DNA of 64,000 bases from Octopus bimaculoides (Eukaryota), in NCBI RefSeq assembly GCF_001194135.2, contig NC_068983.1, positions 81,236,132 to 81,300,131 on the forward strand, in the 5' to 3' direction. A model generated the notes under the pieces. That model did no database searches and was not told where the DNA came from. It saw only the letters and a program-made list of their open reading frames with translations. This document shows, one piece after another, positions 1 to 12,476 of this stretch; within the stretch, counting starts at the first letter, position 1; every line of letters starts with the position of its first letter. The translations under genes and the position numbers were made by a program.

Positions 1-45
1 TCCAGCATGGCCACAGTCAAATGACTGAGACAAGTAAAAGAGTAA
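1..45 (+). mobile_element. 3' tail of tRNA/CORE-type SINE (family A)
   Basis: tccagcatggccacagtcaaatgactgagacaagtaaaag matches the 3' end of the full copies at 16161-16560 and 4918-5305. Confidence 0.85.
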
Positions 46-82
46 TATATATATACATATACATAATATAGGTATGTACACA

Positions 83-135
<53 letters not shown>

Positions 136-654
136 TATATATATGATATATATATGCCCATCACTTACAATCGAATATGATTTGGCATCTGCTGATGGGC
201 TCTTGGTGCTAACATAGTGAGCGAGCAGACACATCAAATATCTTCATGCTCGCAGCCTTTACACAATGGAACACGCAGAAGATGACATCTGGGGAGACCA
301 GCCCTGGGCTGATAATCCATGTATTCATATTGAAAGGATAAATGTCAATACTCAACCCAGCAGAATTTGAATTTAGGATGCAGAAAACTAAACAGTTTCA
401 CCCTGTATTCCGTCAATTGATCCAGTGTAGTAATGTGCATATATGTGTAATTTTATATCTGTGTGTGTTTGTGAGTTGTTGATAATCTGTTGATTAAACA
501 ACAAATCATTGCTCACTTATTTTACCTGATTGTCTAATGAATTTGGAATTATATAAACACACACATACATTATATACATAATATATGCACAATTATTCTA
601 CATACATATACACACACACACACGCACACACAAATATACACATGCATCTATATA

Positions 655-890
655 TATCATTATAACCATTATCATTAAACGCCCACTTTTCCATGCTTAC
701 ACAGGTTAGACAAAATTCGCTGAGAAATTTTCTATAGTTGGATGCTCTTCCTGTCACCAACTCTCATCTTATTTCTCCAGCCATGGTTTTCACAGACAAC
801 TGGATACAAACCCCATTGCTTGATGATTTAGTGCTTGTTTACTACAATCATGTGATGTCAAGACAAGGGTATGCACAAACACACACACAT
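655..890 (-). mobile_element. RTE-tailed SINE or 5'-truncated RTE fragment (family R), decayed
   Basis: Reverse complement of the family R end (ttaaacgcccacttttccatgc...ttggatgctcttcctgtcaccaac) shared with 8795-9200. Confidence 0.7.
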
Positions 891-917
891 TACATATATA
901 TATATATATATACATAT

Positions 918-1063
918 ATGATGGACTTCTTTCAGTTTCCATTACCCAAATCCACTTTAGTTGGGCTAAGACTAGAGTAGAAGACACTTGCCCAAGGTGC
1001 CATGCAATAGAACTGAACCCATGGCAACATGGTTGGGAAGCAAGCTTCTTAACCACACACCCA
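918..1063 (-). mobile_element. SINE family A 5' part (tRNA-derived head + CORE-like segment)
   Basis: gaagacacttgcccaaggtgccatgc...ggttgggaagcaagcttcttaaccacac is the reverse complement of the head of the 16161 copy. Confidence 0.85.
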
Positions 1064-1118
1064 CACACTTATACATGTATATATATATATATATGCATGT
1101 CTGTGTGTGTGTGTGTTC

Positions 1119-1154
<36 letters not shown>

Positions 1155-1312
1155 GGTGAGAGAGATATTGATTTTTCACAGTTATAATTGATTGATTTCA
1201 TTCATATAATTTATTAATGTAATCCCATATAGCTACTGAGGTAGATTGTTTAACTTGCTCCATGCTCACACACACATGCGCGTGCACACACACACACACA
1301 CAAATAAGCATG

Positions 1313-1395
<83 letters not shown>

Positions 1396-1745
1396 TTATG
1401 TATATACAAAGCAGAGAACAGTTGAAGAAAATTATCTTCAATTTTATTATAATTTCTTTATTTATGGCATACACAGTAGAATCTTCTCATTTTTTAAAAA
1501 TTAATCTTTCTAGTCTACTGTTCCTTCCTTCCCCTTCATTGTCATCATCCAAAGAAATACATGCAAGCGCGCATGCACGCACACATATAAATAGATAATT
1601 AACCAGTCACACATTAGCACACACACACACACACATATTACACATATTACACATACACACTGCATAACCTAAATCAACTTTTGCATTTTTGAATAACAGT
1701 TCTTTATCAGAAATTTATTTTCATAACTGCTTTCAAATGAGCCCA

Positions 1746-1759
1746 GTTGTTATGGCAAC
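1746..1759. promoter_or_regulatory. RFX X-box-like motif GTTGTTATGGCAAC
   Basis: Fits GTHNYYATRRNAAC with a perfect GGCAAC half-site; lies in unique sequence; a GTAAGC donor-like site follows at 1794. Confidence 0.35.
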
Positions 1760-2185
1760 CAACTGCAAACAGGGATCTACTGCATCAGCAGCAGTAAGCA
1801 CATAAAATGCTATGCAATCCCTTTCACCATAGACAGCACTATTAGCCAGCTGCTTGAAAACTACTTTGATGACAATTTCATAGATATAAAGAAAGGAATT
1901 TTAAATCCCCTCCACACACGGATTTATATTTTATTTATTTATTCTTTAAAATATTTTTGGGGTAATTTATTATCATCATTAATATTAGCGAGACAGTTGA
2001 ACAGGGGTAAGCTCTCAGCAAGCCTTGCCTACGACCTGGTTTCCATTCTCCATTGTATTTATTTCCCTAATATCCCTAATGTTCTGAGGGGAAAGGAAAA
2101 TAATCATGCAAGTCCCACAATCTTATTATCACTCTCCAATAAATCTGACACTGAATGCCTATGTAAGAAAATATTAATATTATGA

Positions 2186-3090
2186 TTATTATTACTATTA
2201 TTATTGTTAATATTCTTTTCTACTCTAGGCACAAGGCCCGAAATTCTTGGAGTGGGAGCCAGTTGATGAGATCGACCCCAGTATGCAACTGGTACTTAGT
2301 TTATTGACCCCCGAAAGGATGAAAAGCAAAGTTGACCTTGGTGGAATTTGAACTCAGAACATAAAGACAGATGAAATACCACTAAAAATTTCACCTGGCA
2401 TGCTAATGTTTCTACCTTTTTATTATTGTTATTACTGTTAGGGCAGTAAGCGAGCAGAATCGTTAGCTTGCTGGAGAAAATGCTTAGCAGTATTTTGTCC
2501 ATCTTAATGTTTTTAGTTTAAATGCCACTGGGATCAACTTTGCCTTTCATCTTTTTTTGCAGTTTATGAAATAAGTAGCAGTTGACCACTGAAACTGGCT
2601 GTGTCAATTAGGCCCTTCCTTAAAAAATTTCAGGCCTTGAGCCTATAGCAGAAAGGACTATTAGTGACATTTCGTCTGTCGTTATGCTCTAAGTTCAAAT
2701 TCTGCCAAGGTCGACTTTGCTTTTCATCCTTTCAGGGACAATTAGAAAAGTACCAGTTATGTACTGGGGTTGATGTAATCGATTTAATCCCTTCTCCCAG
2801 ATTTCAGGCCTAGTGCCTACAGTAGGAAGGATTATTATTGTTATTATTAGGATGGTGAACTGACAGAATCATTAGCATGCCAGACAAAATACTTAGTGAT
2901 GTATTGTCTGTCTTTATGTTCTGAGTTCAAATTCCAATGAGGTCAATTTTGCTTTTCACCCTTTTGGGGGTCGGCAAATTAAGTACCAGTCAAGTACTGG
3001 AGTTGATGTCTTTGACTAACACCCTCCCCCAGAATTCAGACTTTGTGCCTTTAGTAGAAAGGATTATTATTATTATTATTATTATTACTT
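2186..3090. mobile_element. Cluster of four family B SINEs (first on -, next three on +)
   Basis: Repeated core ttctgagttcaaattcc..gaggtcgactttgcctttcatcctttcgggg..aagtaccagt..tactgggg, with gcagaatcgttagc heads and (ATT)n tails. Confidence 0.9.
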
Positions 3091-3839
3091 AACATAATTC
3101 TTATTACCGTACTTCTTCCATCACAGAAAGCAATGATCAACAGAACTGGCTGGTGGAATAGACAAGAAAATGAGTCTGTGCTGTTTAGTTTAACTTTTGA
3201 GTTCAAAGTTCACTGGCAATGGCTTTGACATTAAACTTGCTAGAGTAGATAAAATGGGTATCAGTAATACACTAGTTTCAAATATAGATATTTCCTATCA
3301 TTTTGAGAACTCTTGCCTTTATGTGTATGTGTGTGTGAGAGAGTGTATATATATATGTGGATGTATTGTTACTGTGAGAATGAATACATTTGACGTCCCC
3401 ACATGAAAGCATTAAGCAAAAATGGTGACATTTGTTGATATTCACTGCTGACAAATCATCCTGTGGTTCTGCACTTTCACAGGTGAATGGAATAAAGTGG
3501 AATAATCATTACTAGAAAAACAAGGGTTAGCAACAAACTAACCCTGTCACTAACCCTCACCTGTTTCCAAGTAAGATAATAGTTCTTTGGAAACAAAGTA
3601 TACTGCTTGTATGATGGTGACACTTATTCACAACTATCACGTGACATCAAAACAAGAAGACACTTACACACACACATGTATAAAACAGGTTTGTTTTAGT
3701 TTGTGTCCACCTAACTGACTCACAAGGCTTTGGTTGGCCTGGAACTATATTAGAAGATTTGCCCATGATGCTAAGCTGTAAGACTTAACAACAAAGCCAT
3801 GTCTGCAAGCATATATATATATATATATATAATGTACAT

Positions 3840-3907
<68 letters not shown>

Positions 3908-4311
3908 TATGCACACATATCATCATCTTGCATATATGTATAAAGTGCCAATATAATATGTAATTTGCAGAGTCACATTTGTAGAATATTTATCTATTAT
4001 ACTTGAACTTTTCCTATAATTGTGGTAAATATTATTTAATACAATATCCTCAAAGAAGCAAAATAGGAATTATATTTACATATATGCAGATATGCGACCT
4101 TCTTTATATGTACACTGGTGAATATGTGTGCTTTTCTCTGATATGTGATTCATGCCAACATATGAAACCTAAAATGATTCCATGGATTATTTTGGATTTA
4201 AAATTCTCCTAATTGAAGTATAGCAAGGCAATTAGTTCCACAAACAAAATTACCATTCTCTAATGACTGCTGAAAAATTTTCTTAAAATATGTATTCATA
4301 CATCTTGAATT

Positions 4312-4354
<43 letters not shown>

Positions 4355-4459
4355 GTGTCTTGGCCTCTCTTTCTACAAACATATCTAAATATGTGTGTGC
4401 CTGCACAAATGTATGTACATATATAAATACATATGCATATAAATACATACATACACATC

Positions 4460-4514
<55 letters not shown>

Positions 4515-4917
4515 TCATTTGTTCTATGTCTTTTGTTTTATGCTGGCATATGCTCGATGGAAGCAATAATCTTTGGCTGGATGCTGCTTCCTGTTTTACT
4601 GTTTCATACTCCAACAACACAGTGTTGAAGGATGCCATGTTCACTAGGAATGTAAACACAGCAAAACTACTTTCATTCAAATAATCTCATGTGAGAAGTG
4701 GAAATGACACCTCATATACTCACACACACACACACATACACTCATGCAGTTTTTGTCAACTAATTTTGCTTACAAAGCATTGATGCACTTGGTGTAATTG
4801 CAGAAGACTCTTCTCAAAGCTACTTCACAATGGGACTGAACCCAAGACCAAGTGGTTGTGAAGCAGCTGTCTTAACTGCACAGCCATGCCTGCACCTACA
4901 CAGCCATAAATACATAT

Positions 4918-5305
4918 TCTTTTACTCTTTTATTTGTTTCGGTCATTTGACTGCGGCCATGCTGGAGCACCACCTTTAGTTGAACAAATCGACCCTAGGA
5001 CTTATTCTTTGTATGCCTAGTACTTATTCTATTGGTCTCTTTTGCCGAATTGCTAAGTTATGGGGACGTAAACATACCAACATCGGTTGTCAAGTGATGG
5101 TGGGGGAACAAACACACAAACACACATATATATATATATATATGATGGGCCTCTTTCAGTTCCTATCAACCAAATCCACTCACAAGGTTTTGGTTGGCAC
5201 CAAGCAATAGTAGAAGACATTTGCCCAAGGTGCCATGCAGTAGAACTGAACCCGGAAGCATGTGGTTGGTAAGAAAGCTTCTTACCACACAGCCACTCCT
5301 GCGCC
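4918..5305 (-). mobile_element. Full-length SINE family A with internal (TA)n/(CA)n
   Basis: Head, CORE-like segment, internal microsatellite and 3' tail are all present in reverse complement. Confidence 0.92.
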
Positions 5306-5732
5306 TATATATATATTAATAGTTTGACCTCGCTCCACATTACTTAAAGTTTCAGAGGCACAAAACACGCCCACATTGTCAGATGCTCAGAGTCATAAAA
5401 CACACACACACATTCCTTAGAGTTTCATATGCACAGAACATACCTACATCATCAGATGCTAGCAGTAGGAGGGGAGAAAATTTAAAAAGGTATTTAATAC
5501 GACTCTGAGGTGAGAGTATTTAGGCCTCCATTGAGCAGTTCAGCTCACTTGAAAGTTTTAACTACCTTAGTGACTTAAATACTTTTATCGGATGTCCCAT
5601 GTGGTAGAGAAGACAGGATTTTGACATTTTAGTCAGCATTCTATAGGGATATGGTAAGAAGAGAGTTCTACAATAAAGAGGGATAATTAGAGAGGTAAGA
5701 AAGAGAGCAAATGAGATAGGAAAAGCTGTCTA

Positions 5733-5946
5733 ATGTATGTATGTATATATATATATATATATATATATAATACATGCACCTTTATATATGTATACACATT
5801 TAACCATGCAAGTAGACCAACCTATGACAGCATGGAAAATGGAATTATGATGATGATGATACATACATACACACATACATGCATACATACATACATACGC
5901 ACACATACATACATACATACATACATACATACATACATACATACAG
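5733..5946. repeat. (TA)n and (CATA)n microsatellites
   Basis: Direct reading. Confidence 0.9.
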
Positions 5947-6714
5947 AGATATGCTGTTAACAGCCAGTCTTAAACTAACGGCAGGTTACACAAAAATAAG
6001 TTATTTGCTCAGAAATTCTACACAAGTACTGAATGTGAACTTGAAAAAAGATTACATGAGTTTCTAAACCCCTCACTCAAAATGGATATTATTTGATTTT
6101 GTCTAGAAACTCATAATGAAAAAAAAGAAAACCATCAATAATATGTCTTGTGAGATATCTGGATGTCAACTCAAGATCAGAAATAGTCTTCTATCCAATT
6201 TCTATCAAACAGTGCAACTGCCCAAGAGATGCAATTAAAAATGCAAGTTATTTTTCATATGTGAAGTTACAAAAGCTGATACCTGGGTGCTTTCAAGTTA
6301 GCCAACATTATAATCTCAAGATGTTGCTAAGGAAAATGAAAAAATAAAATAAGATAACAAACAAAATAACTCTGCAAGAAAAAAAAAACATTTTCAAAAG
6401 CCTCACCAGTAAAAGGCTGTGCCGCATGCATTCATTAGTGGCTGTTCTGAGAATGCCATTCTGCAATGTATTTGTGGAGCTAATTAACTGTAGTTTCATT
6501 AAGTTGAAGATGATAACTAAATTCTATATATCAATCATTTTAAGGTATGATAAAAAAAAATATATAAATAAAATGGAAAGAAATAATATAAAATTTTTGA
6601 ATCTTTATTTTAGTGTATCTGAAAATTTTGAAAAAAAAAAAAAATGTAAATGAAAAATAACAAACAAAAAAAAATTAAAAACAAAAAGACTTCTAAGTAA
6701 TGACAATAATTACA

Positions 6715-7110
6715 ATAATCTTTTCTTATTTTGGCACAAGGCCAGCAATTATAAGCAGTGGAGAAGTCAATTACATTGACTCCAGTACTCAATTGGTATT
6801 TATTTAATCAACCCCAAAAGGATGAAAGGCAATATTGACTGTGGATTTGAACTCAGAACATAAATTAGGATGAATTGCAGCAAATGATTCAGCCAGCTCA
6901 CTGCCTTATGAATAATAATAACAATGTTTCTAATTTTAGGCACCAGGTAAGCAATTCTGGGCAAGGGGGCCAGTCAGTAGCACTGACCCCCAGAACTTGA
7001 ATCATACTTTATTTTATTGACCTCAGAGAGATGAAGGGCAAAGTTGACCATGGCAAGATTTGAATTCAGAATGTGACAGACTAGAACAAATACTGCAAGA
7101 TATTTTTTGC
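6715..7110 (-). mobile_element. Two tandem family B SINEs
   Basis: ggcacaaggcc...aaaggatgaaaggc...ttgaactcagaac occurs twice. Confidence 0.8.
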
Positions 7111-7260
7111 TACAACAAGTCTTTCAACCCACCATCCTAACGATTATCAGTTTTGAGTATGCAGGTAGCCAATTTTTATAAGATCTAAATTTACTGAATT
7201 GGCTCTTGTGTTTGCCTGCTTGAATGAAAAAAAAATAAACTAACCACATTTCTTATTTAG

Positions 7261-7368
7261 ATTTAAAAAGGTGATTTCTTCTGTAAAAAGTGAATCCAAC
7301 CGAGAATGGAAAGTGGACTGCAGAATCCATTTCAAAAATTTTACTGCCACAGATCAATGAAGAAACAT
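7261..7368 (+). other. Candidate 108-nt exon; only open frame FKKVISSVKSESNREWKVDCRIHFKNFTATDQ, then TGA
   Basis: Branch-like CTAAC, pyrimidine tract and TTAG acceptor at 7260; GTATGT donor at 7369; TGA at 7358-7360. Confidence 0.35.
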
Positions 7369-8794
7369 GTATGTAGTTGCTTGACCAGCAAAAAATAGCA
7401 GTAGAATACTTTTAAATAGCATCCAACTTAAAAAAAAAAAAACACACATTTGATAATGTTGCCCTTGATATACAGAAAGTCAGAATGCTTATGACTGGAA
7501 TGCTTTGGTTATTGGTCCACTCAATCAGAGATACGTGAGACTAAACAACATCATCTGCTACTTAGTAATATTTATATATTTATATGGTTATATATTTTTA
7601 GACAAGGTGTGGCATGGATTGAATCAGCTCCATATTCTCCAAAATTCCAGGTCATAATTTAGCTTCCAAGACATTTTTGTAGTGCTTGAATTTCTTTACA
7701 ACTCTCTTAGATGTAATGGGGGCACAATCTGATCGTTTCATCTAAGTATCAAATGTTGACACATCCAAAATTTCAAGTCCCTTTTCATAGAAACTTGTAA
7801 TTCCCACAGTACAAAAATTGGGTATAAGAAGATTAAGATGCTATGTGCAAGACTGAAGCAAATATATACTATATAGATAATGACGGTTGAGTAAAGAAGT
7901 GCCAGGAGATCCAAGAGAAAAGAAACTGTGGAAGAGGAAGAACATTAATGGCATAAGATGAAGTGGTGAAAGCTGATCTCAGGATGATGAATTTCAGAAG
8001 AAAGATGACAGAGGAATGTAAAAAAAAAATGATGAGTTGACAGTTGGAGAGGACCCATCCAACCCATGCAAGCATAGAAAAGTGGATATTAAAATGATGA
8101 TGATGATGAAATTATGGCATGAAATGTCATTTTGTTTAAAAAGACAATATTAATTTCATATTAGATTTTAAGTGAAAATTTTAGTTTTTATCATTAATTA
8201 ATGTTAAGAATAGAAGTGAAAACAATACTACATTCACAAGAATTGTTAAAGCTGTAGTAATAAACATAAAAATTAGATTTAAATGTAAATCCAGAATAAG
8301 AGAAGCAAACTTACTACACAAATTTTTGAATGAAATATCATTACCACTTTAATTCATACATCACTTTTAGCAGTCCTAAAACTCTTTTAACAATTAATTA
8401 TCATGTAAAATGTTACTCAGAGTAATGAAAAGAAAAAAAAAAAAAAAAATTATGAAAACGTTTGCAATCTAGAATTAATTTCAACTCGGCATTTAGAAAT
8501 AATCTTTAGAAATTAAGGAAAACCTATCTAAATACCAGAGCTACTCATGTGTAAATGATGAAAGGTCATATAATTCCTGGTTAAAGATTTTGAAGAATTC
8601 ATATATTTTCTTATTGTAATTCTGGGGGTAAAAAATGAGAAATTAATTTTGTAGTAGGGAGCAGTGAGAGACGATGGACAATTAAAACATGTTTCTAGAT
8701 CAAGATTAGAGTTGGATATGAGTAAGTGTGAAGATTTAATAAAAAGTTTGTTTCTAGTAAAAAAAAAAAAAATGAGAATATTTTTATAATGCTA

Positions 8795-8825
<31 letters not shown>

Positions 8826-9200
8826 GTTTAACGTCCGCTTTCCATGCTAGCATGGGTTGGACAATTTGACTGAGGACTGGTGAAACCAGATGGCTACACC
8901 AGGCTCCAATCCGATTTGGCAGAGTTTCTACAGCTGGATGCCCTTCCTAACGCCAACCACTCAGAGAGTGTAGTGGGTACTTTTACGTGCCACCTGCACA
9001 AAGCCAGCCAGGCGGTACTGGCAAGGGCCATGCTCAAAATAGTTTATTTTATGTGCCACCCGCACAAGAGCCAGTCCAGGGCCACTGGCAATGATCTTGC
9101 TCGAAAATCCTTACACATGTCACGGGCACAAGTGCCAGAAAGGCAACGCTGGGCACAAGTGCCAGAAAGGCAACGCTGGGCCGATTTCGCTTGCCCCAGT
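8795..9200 (-). mobile_element. Young RTE-tailed SINE (family R) with (CAT)n tail and a 27-bp internal tandem duplication
   Basis: catcatcatcgtttaacgtccgctttccatgctagcatgggttggac...; gggcacaagtgccagaaaggcaacgct twice at 9124-9177. Confidence 0.9.
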
Positions 9201-9684
9201 AAGTCTTTTTATAATAAGCAACAATTTATCATTTATGAAATTATGAGGTACCATTACAACCTATGAATCCATCTTTGAAAGTTAACAGTTTTAGTTGATT
9301 CCAAGCTAAAACTGCTAACTTTCATTATAATGTTTGAAAAAAGCAAAATGGCCAAAATATTCTATCATATAACTCTGGTTTCATACTAATTTCAGAAATA
9401 AATATTTGGAAATTGATACACAACCTCCACAAAATATGGTTTAAACCAATAAATAAACAGTATGTTTCAAATAATTACATAAGAGTCAGCTTGAAGTTTC
9501 CTGATAAGTGATTTGACACCTGAGAAACAGTAGGTGGGATATGATGCTCTGTGGATGTGTAGCTCTTGTCAATAAGAGACAGTGAATTAAATACATACAT
9601 ATAAAACATATACATATCTATATATATTTATATATCCATGTACATTACATACATGCATGTATATATATATATATATATATATAT

Positions 9685-9734
9685 NNNNNNNNNNNNNNNN
9701 NNNNNNNNNNNNNNNNNNNNNNNNNNNNNNNNNN
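9685..9734. other. Assembly gap (N run)
   Basis: 50 N after (TA)n. Confidence 0.99.
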
Positions 9735-9737
9735 ATA

Positions 9738-10020
9738 TAGGGTGGTTATCTACTCCTTATGCAGAATTTGACCACCTCCTGTACTTACACCTCAAACCCA
9801 TCATGGCATCTGATGTGGATTTTTAAACCAGACAATGTTCTGAAAAGACACCCACATAGAATGCACATCCGATTTGGACCACCAAGAGCTGCAGATAAGT
9901 TCTGATCTTTGAGGATCTTAAAATGTCTTCTGAGACCTCCATTAGATTTGCAAACCTTCTGGCATACACTGCATTCAAAGGTGTGCCCAGACATATAAGC
10001 AGAATAGTTGGTAGAGGTTC
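9738..10020 (-). mobile_element. 5'-truncated RTE-type LINE 3' end encoding two C2H2 zinc fingers
   Basis: CSVCQKVCKSNGGLRRHFKIL (second His lost) and CILCGCLFRTLSGLKIHIRCH (intact Cx2Cx12Hx3H); stop at 9785-9787; short 3' UTR running into the (TA)n/gap. Confidence 0.7.
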
Positions 10021-10029
10021 GTTTTCCAT

Positions 10030-10117
10030 GGCACCTTAGGCAAGTGTCTTCTACTATAGCCTTGGGCTGATCAAAGCCTTCTGAGATTTGGTAGCCAGAA
10101 ACTGAAAGAAGACTATC

Positions 10118-10151
<34 letters not shown>

Positions 10152-10388
10152 ATAGATACATACATATATATGTACGTACATACATACATACATACATATA
10201 TATAATTTGTGTGTGTGTCTGTGTTTGTCCCCCAACCATTGCTTGACAACTGAGGTTGGTGAGTTTATGTCCCTGTAACTTAGTGGTTTGCCAAAAGAGA
10301 CCAATCCAGTAAGTACTAGGCTAATAAAGAATAATTCCTGGGGGGGGGGGGGTCATTTCAAGCATGGCTGCAGTCAAATGACTGAATG
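10030..10388 (+). mobile_element. SINE family A, head truncated
   Basis: ggcaccttaggcaagtgtcttctactatagcc, internal (TA)n, ...cagtcaaatgactgaa. Confidence 0.9.
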
Positions 10389-10779
10389 TATAAATGAATA
10401 TGTATATTGTATATATTTATACATACATGTGTATAAATATTTATGTGTGTGTGTGTGTGTGTGTGTATGTGTGTGTGTCTTTGTGTGTATATGGAGTGTG
10501 TAATATATTTATATAAACAAATCGACACCAGTTGTGAAACAATGAGACTCAAACATACACATTCATACAAAGTTTCTATATGAAACACTTCTGCACAGTT
10601 TCCACCAACTAAATTGATTCATGCTTTTCAAAAATATAAAATAACCCCTTTGTGAGCAGTCCTTTGTCTACCAAATCTACTCATGTCTTTTAAAATTTTA
10701 TTTTAATAACCTCTTCATGACTAGTATGTAAGGACATGGACATGTTCAACTAGTGACAGCATCACACACACACACACAT

Positions 10780-10816
<37 letters not shown>

Positions 10817-11939
10817 ACACACTTGTATGCGTGCACGGAGAGAAACGGTGATGTAAAAAATGCAATGAAAAAGGTGAAGAAATGAAGGTGAACAAAGAAA
10901 GTGAATATGATAAAGATGATATTGAAAGAAAAATATAACAAAAAAGGGAAAATATGAAATGGGCAGGTAAGGATATAAATGTAAAGGACAATGATGATGG
11001 TGAAACTTGAGGCTTTGAAACCTTGGTTACAGAGGCCTTGATGCTGAGGGAGAGTTGTTGAAAGTAGTGGCCATAGCAATGAAAGTGCTGTCTTTGTGAT
11101 ATTATTGACAATAATGGCAGTTGCGATGTTGATGGTATTGGAAAAATGATTATGATTACAGTGATGATGATGATGATGATGATGATGGTGTAGACAATGA
11201 CATTGATGAGAAAAATGGTGATAATGTTATTGTTGGGGTAGAGTTTCTCATCCTTGCAAAGTAATCAATAAAAAGTTAAGAGCAAGCTGGCTTAAAGATA
11301 AACAGTACTTTTCAGAATATGAATCAGCAATTCTGCTAACATGACATTGAAGGAAAACTGCCTGTGACTTAGCTATGAACTAGATCTTTTGACTTACTTC
11401 TTAGTTGTCTAGCTAATGAATAAAATACTTCACAACATTCTTGTGAATAAAAACTGTTCTTGATTTTTATGCAAAAACTCTTGACGACTTTACCACGAAT
11501 GAATGTTGTTTTTGATTTTCCAATGAAGAATCACTGTTAACAACTTCCCAGTGAACAAAAACTAAAACACAATAGAGAACAAAGTTTATCTATTCACTGT
11601 TTTAGAATCTCATAAAATTGGAGATCAAAGACACTGGGGGATGTTAGCACAGCTAATAATAAAATTAACTTGATATTGAATAGTATGTAGCAGAAAAACA
11701 TGTATAGGAGGAGGTTATTATAGAGATGCAGTTATCCATAAGAAATACAGGGCAGTAAATAGAAATTGGTCATTGACTTACTTACTTACTTGTATCTGAT
11801 GAATGACCAATATTTTTTATTTTCTTACGAGCTGGGATTGTCCAACTTCTATTAACTTTTTGGTATTATAGATAAACTTCATACAATTATTAGATGAGAT
11901 ATCATGGTGGACATGACTTAGAAAAGTATGAGATATTTC

Positions 11940-12330
11940 ATAGTTGTTGGCACTCTGTCGCTTACGACGTCGAGGGTTCCAGTTGATCCGATCAACGGAA
12001 CTGCCTGCTCATGAAATTAACGTGCAAGTGGCTGAGCACTCCACAGACATGTGTACCCTTAACATAGTTCTTGGGGATATTCAGCATGACACAGTGTGAC
12101 AAGACTGACCCTTTGAATTACAGGCACAACAGAAACAGGAAGAAAGGGTGAGAGAAAGTTGTGGTGAAAGAAAGAGTACAGCAGGGTTTGCCACCATCCC
12201 CTGCCGGAGCCTCGTGGAGCTTTTAGGTGTTTTCGCTCAATAAACACTCACAAAGACTAGTCTGGGAATTGAAACCACGATCCTATGACTGCGAATCTGC
12301 TGCCCTAACCACTGGGCCATTGCGCTGCCA
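11940..12330 (-). mobile_element. tRNA-derived SINE family C
   Basis: Reverse strand begins gtggcagcgcaatggcccagtggttagggcagcagattcgcagtcataggatcgtggtttcaattccc (A/B-box-like); CpG-containing body ccagttgatccgatcaacggaac. Confidence 0.8.
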
Positions 12331-12476
12331 CTATTTCATAGTATTTAGAAGAGACTCAAGTTTTCTGCTTCTAAAATAAATTAATATAATTAGAAGAGCA
12401 CAATAGTATAAAATGTAATTTATTGTGAATAAAGTAAAAAGGTAATAGCTGAAGTAGCAGTTTATAATTTTAACAG

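Noticed and set aside
7640-7860. Possible coding remnant on - strand
   Set aside because: Multiple stops and no recognisable domain
8880-9266. 128-aa ORF (also the similar 46590-46787 and 16149-16571 ORFs)
   Set aside because: Lie within SINE copies; recurrent peptides such as FLQLDALPN are repeat-derived
9785-10020. Host C2H2 zinc-finger gene
   Set aside because: No TGEKP linkers, one finger broken, no acceptor, and a LINE-like UTR with (TA)n tail; a TE origin is more likely
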